Below, one piece after another: positions 60,723-64,000 of a DNA stretch of 64,000 bases. Where the stretch lies: the NCBI GenBank assembly GCA_028534125.1, contig CM052816.1:41976001-42040000 (forward strand), in the 5' to 3' direction. The DNA comes from Lama glama (Eukaryota). A program made the position numbers and the translations under genes. Below the pieces are notes generated by a model. It saw only the letters and a list, made by a program, of their open reading frames with translations, was not told the DNA's origin and did no database searches. Position 1 is the stretch's first letter; each line of letters begins with the position of its first letter.

Positions 60723-61911
60723 TCTAGAATACTAATATAGTAATATCCAGTACAAATCTAGATTAACCCACTTATTTTCATTGTATGTTATTTGATTTTA
60801 GTGAGCACCATCTTTAAGGGAACTCATTTTTTGGGTCATAGGACAATCTCAATAAACATTATTCTCCCTATCCAATAAAATTTCTGTTAAATTTTTGATT
60901 TTTTAAATAATTATTGCCTTTAATATATTTCTTCTCATTCTCCACATATGTAGGGAATTTCCCTTTGCATTCTCTTACAAGTTCTTACTCCCTCTCTCTC
61001 GCCTCTTTTTTTCAAGGATGACATGGTTAACAGGAGGTCACAAACTTATCAACTGTAATTTTTCTATAAAAATTAAACTTTTTATTGATGTGAGGTATAA
61101 AGTCTTTTAAACTAGAATGCTGCTGTAAAATTACCAACACCCTTAATGTTTAAAAAATTAAATGCAAACCAATAACTTTTTAGTGGCTAAATGTTTTCAA
61201 ATTCTGATTCAAATTTTACTATTATGAAGTAAATCCTTTAATACATTTTTATTGACCAATTAATTCTAAATATTATAAAACATAGTCTATTATGTTGGCT
61301 GTAATTGCATGGCAAGGTGCTTTTACTTGAATCTTTGAGTCTCTTTCACTTTTTTTCCTGTTTTCTATATTCATGCCATTTATAATAAAGCATCTTATGC
61401 CAATACTCAGATTTCTCAAATTAGTGAACTATTTTTCTTTTTTTGACAGCATTACTTATTCCAGGAAGGCTTTAAAACTGTCTTTATTCATATAGGTTAT
61501 AATAGTTTCTTTTCTTCTTAACCTAATTAGATAAAGAAATGAGAAAGAAAAATGTCAAACTTCTCCACTTCCTCAGTCTGCTTGAAGATTACAGCTCTCT
61601 CTTCTCTACAATGATAAATTAAGAATGAAACAAAATTATTAACTTAGCTATCAAGTTAATAAACACATTCAGTAGAAGCAAAAATAATATATTTGTATAA
61701 CTATTTCTCAGAAATAGATTAACATTGAATAATTTTATCTACGATATTTTAAAATTTTACCTCTTGAACCTGATATATACCACTTTATATGGTACCTTAA
61801 ATTTAATTCTGGACAAATAAATTTATATGTGAAAGAGTTTTCAGGTTTCAAATTTCCTCCACCTTTTGTTATTTACTTACTTAAGAAACAACTGTTTATT
61901 TCAATCCATAG

Positions 61912-62115
61912 TAGGTAGTATAGTTCTAAGCATGCAGGCTGTAAGCATTTAGACTATTTGTGTTAACATCTGCTTCTTCACAAATTATCTGTGTGTTCTT
62001 GGGCTACTTATTTAATTCTTTTATACATAAAATTGGTTTAAAATATCATCTAAGTCATAAATATTGCTAAGATCCAATGACATATTTTTATAAAGTGAAT
62101 GTCACTGTGTAGAGC
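61912..62115 (+). mobile_element. MIR SINE
   Basis: gtagtatagttctaagcatgcaggct...tatctgtgtgttcttgggctacttatttaa. Confidence 0.6.
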
Positions 62116-62689
62116 AAAGGACATAATAATTTCTACCTTAAACTCATACATTATGTACAAAGAACTGATAAACATGAAAATAATTAGATCAACACCTGAA
62201 GTACTTTTTTAAACACTTTATTGTATATCCTTACACGCTTTCCCTATATCAATATAAACTGATATACATCTATTTATATTACAATGCATTATGAATAACT
62301 TACCATGCAAATAAAGATTATTTTTAGTAAGCATACATTCCAAGTATTTTTTCCAAGTTTATTTTTGAACATTGAGGTTGGTTCAATGTATAATTAAAAT
62401 ACTTCAAATTGTCACATAACTTTTAAAATAAGTATAATGACACTGTATCATGTACCTGTTGACATTAGATGAATATATATTTTAATACAATTACTGAGCT
62501 TACAAAAAAACAGAAAAATCCTTGTTTCTTTATTTATATTACTTACTAAAAGGGCCTTTGTTATGTTTTCACGTTTTCCTAAAACAAACTCTGAGCTGAA
62601 TCTTGATGTTAACAGTTAATTCTTGATCCTTTCTAGGACCTGAACTTTGAGTAATTACATTAAAAGAGGCATCAGCAATACTAAATAAC

Positions 62690-63070
62690 CCTGATTATAC
62701 TAAATGGGAGATGAATGATTAAAAGCCTGCACGAAGCATTAATTTACTACCTAATTTTCACATAATACCAATTGACTATTCTATTTATTTTTCCCCTTTG
62801 GGTAAATTTATTTTGAATGAAATAAAAATTACAGTGGGATGGTTTGCAAAGATCATAGAAGCGCTGTAATTCATCAAGGGGCCTAGTTGGACAGCCTTGT
62901 CAAAATACTGTAGGAAATTTTTCATGACTGTAGCCAGTGTTGCAACATTTTTAACGACAGAAATCCATTATCACTTCTCTTCTGCCACCTGAAAAAAATC
63001 ATCCCACAGAATCTGATTTCCTCTTGGGGTGACATGACACTGCTCAGAAGGCAATGAAACATCCTTTTTC
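62690..63070. promoter_or_regulatory. Candidate enhancer / conserved non-coding element
   Basis: Unique sequence with many TAAT/ATTA cores, gtaattcatca (reverse TGATGAATTAC) and TGACA/TGTCA sites. Confidence 0.3.
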
Positions 63071-63774
63071 CAAAATATCGACTATCAAATGACAAAGTCT
63101 AAGCCTGAGTCATGTTGTTAGGTTTCTCAAGCCTGTTGTGTATTACTAAGGAAATGGGAAACTTAACTTTGATTCTTCTGTATTTAGACTTAGTTTTGTT
63201 TTGATTATACCAGTAGTAAAAACAAGATCAGCTGCAATTATATTCTAAGAAATATAACATGCCCTACAGATGCCATTCAAAATAATGTATGATACATATA
63301 ATTATATATAGTTTTTACATAAATATGTGGTTGTATAGTTATATGTAGGAAGGGTATAGCACTTGTTTTGTTGATATGTGTAAAGCCAATGAACTTAAGC
63401 CAATTGAAAGCTAGGATAATTATGGGGAAGATGCTTTTTTGTAACAGGAAGTTGGTGAGTTTCAATTTGGTAATAGCTATCATTTATTCAAGTCAGCAAG
63501 AATTTTTAAATTAATTCTGATAAAAACCTCTCTAAGGAGTAACTGAGACTAGGATTTGTTTTTTCTGGCGTACAAAGCTATTTAAGGATGACTTCCCTCA
63601 AAACTACTGTATTTCATACAGTTCTTCTAGAACTAGGCTCTTAAAAATAAATTTATCTAATGACACTCAATTACAAAGTTATACTTCTCTTTTTCTAGAA
63701 GAAAGCCTAATAAAAAGGACTTCATTTTATTAAAATGTTAGGATATTATCTGGCTATCATATAATATGGTGATT

Positions 63775-64000
63775 ATGGCAGAGACAGTCACTGCTTATTC
63801 TCTCTCCATGACAACCCCATATTTCACACATCTTTGGAGTTAGGCAAAGTCTTGAAACTAATTCTGGCCAATAGGTTGTGAGTGAAAGTAACAAGTGTCA
63901 CTTTTTGGATGAAACAATTAAGAGCCAGTGTATAGCTCCTTAACTCCTCTTTTCCTTTGTCATCAAAACCACTGAGGCCATGGAGAAGCTACAAGATACT
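63775..64000 (+). mobile_element. MLT1 (I/H-like) LTR, runs off the window
   Basis: ggagttaggc...aattctggccaataggttgtgagtgaaagtaacaagtgtcactt...aattaagagccagtgt. Confidence 0.7.

Noticed and set aside
63448..63454. 7-nt microexon (tgcttttttgtaacAG|GAAGTTG|GTGAGT)
   Set aside because: Not frame-preserving, with a short pyrimidine tract; no other support.
968..63483. The supplied 60-135 aa ORFs as genes
   Set aside because: They are short, many start at GTG/TTG, and their composition is low-complexity (F/L/I/S/K-rich). None resembles a cellular protein I recognise; the recognisable ones are transposon remnants.
1..64000. CRISPR array, operon, defence system or other prokaryotic system
   Set aside because: The sequence is mammalian and repeat-rich, with no regularly spaced direct repeats and no gene-dense segment.

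Overview
AT-rich, CpG-depleted mammalian non-coding DNA, very probably from a camelid (camel, alpaca or llama). That call rests on two tRNA-derived Vic-1-type SINEs with intact target-site duplications (TSDs) and on young artiodactyl-type L1 3' ends. I find no credible protein-coding exon of a host gene. The supplied ORFs are chance ORFs or transposon remnants (L1 ORF2, Tigger1 transposase, ERV pol region). A large part of the window is recognisable repeat: MIR, L2, L1 of several ages, MLT1 solo LTRs, an ERV1 LTR plus integrase remnant, a near full-length Tigger1, MER20/MER33/MER63A and microsatellites. L1 copies lie almost entirely on the minus strand, which suggests a long intron of a plus-strand gene that I cannot name. 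Several unique, motif-dense blocks (about 10.8, 19.1, 26.5, 30.5-31.3, 56.3 and 62.8 kb) look like enhancers or conserved non-coding elements. There is also a well-formed non-coding minus-strand exon candidate at 33772-33886. I see no evidence for a new biological system. The best observations are structural: a twin-primed L1, an ERV/L1 fusion junction, an inverted duplication around a microsatellite, and a patchwork templated insertion. Repeat family names come from my recall of consensus sequences, not from a search, and the boundaries of old repeats are approximate.
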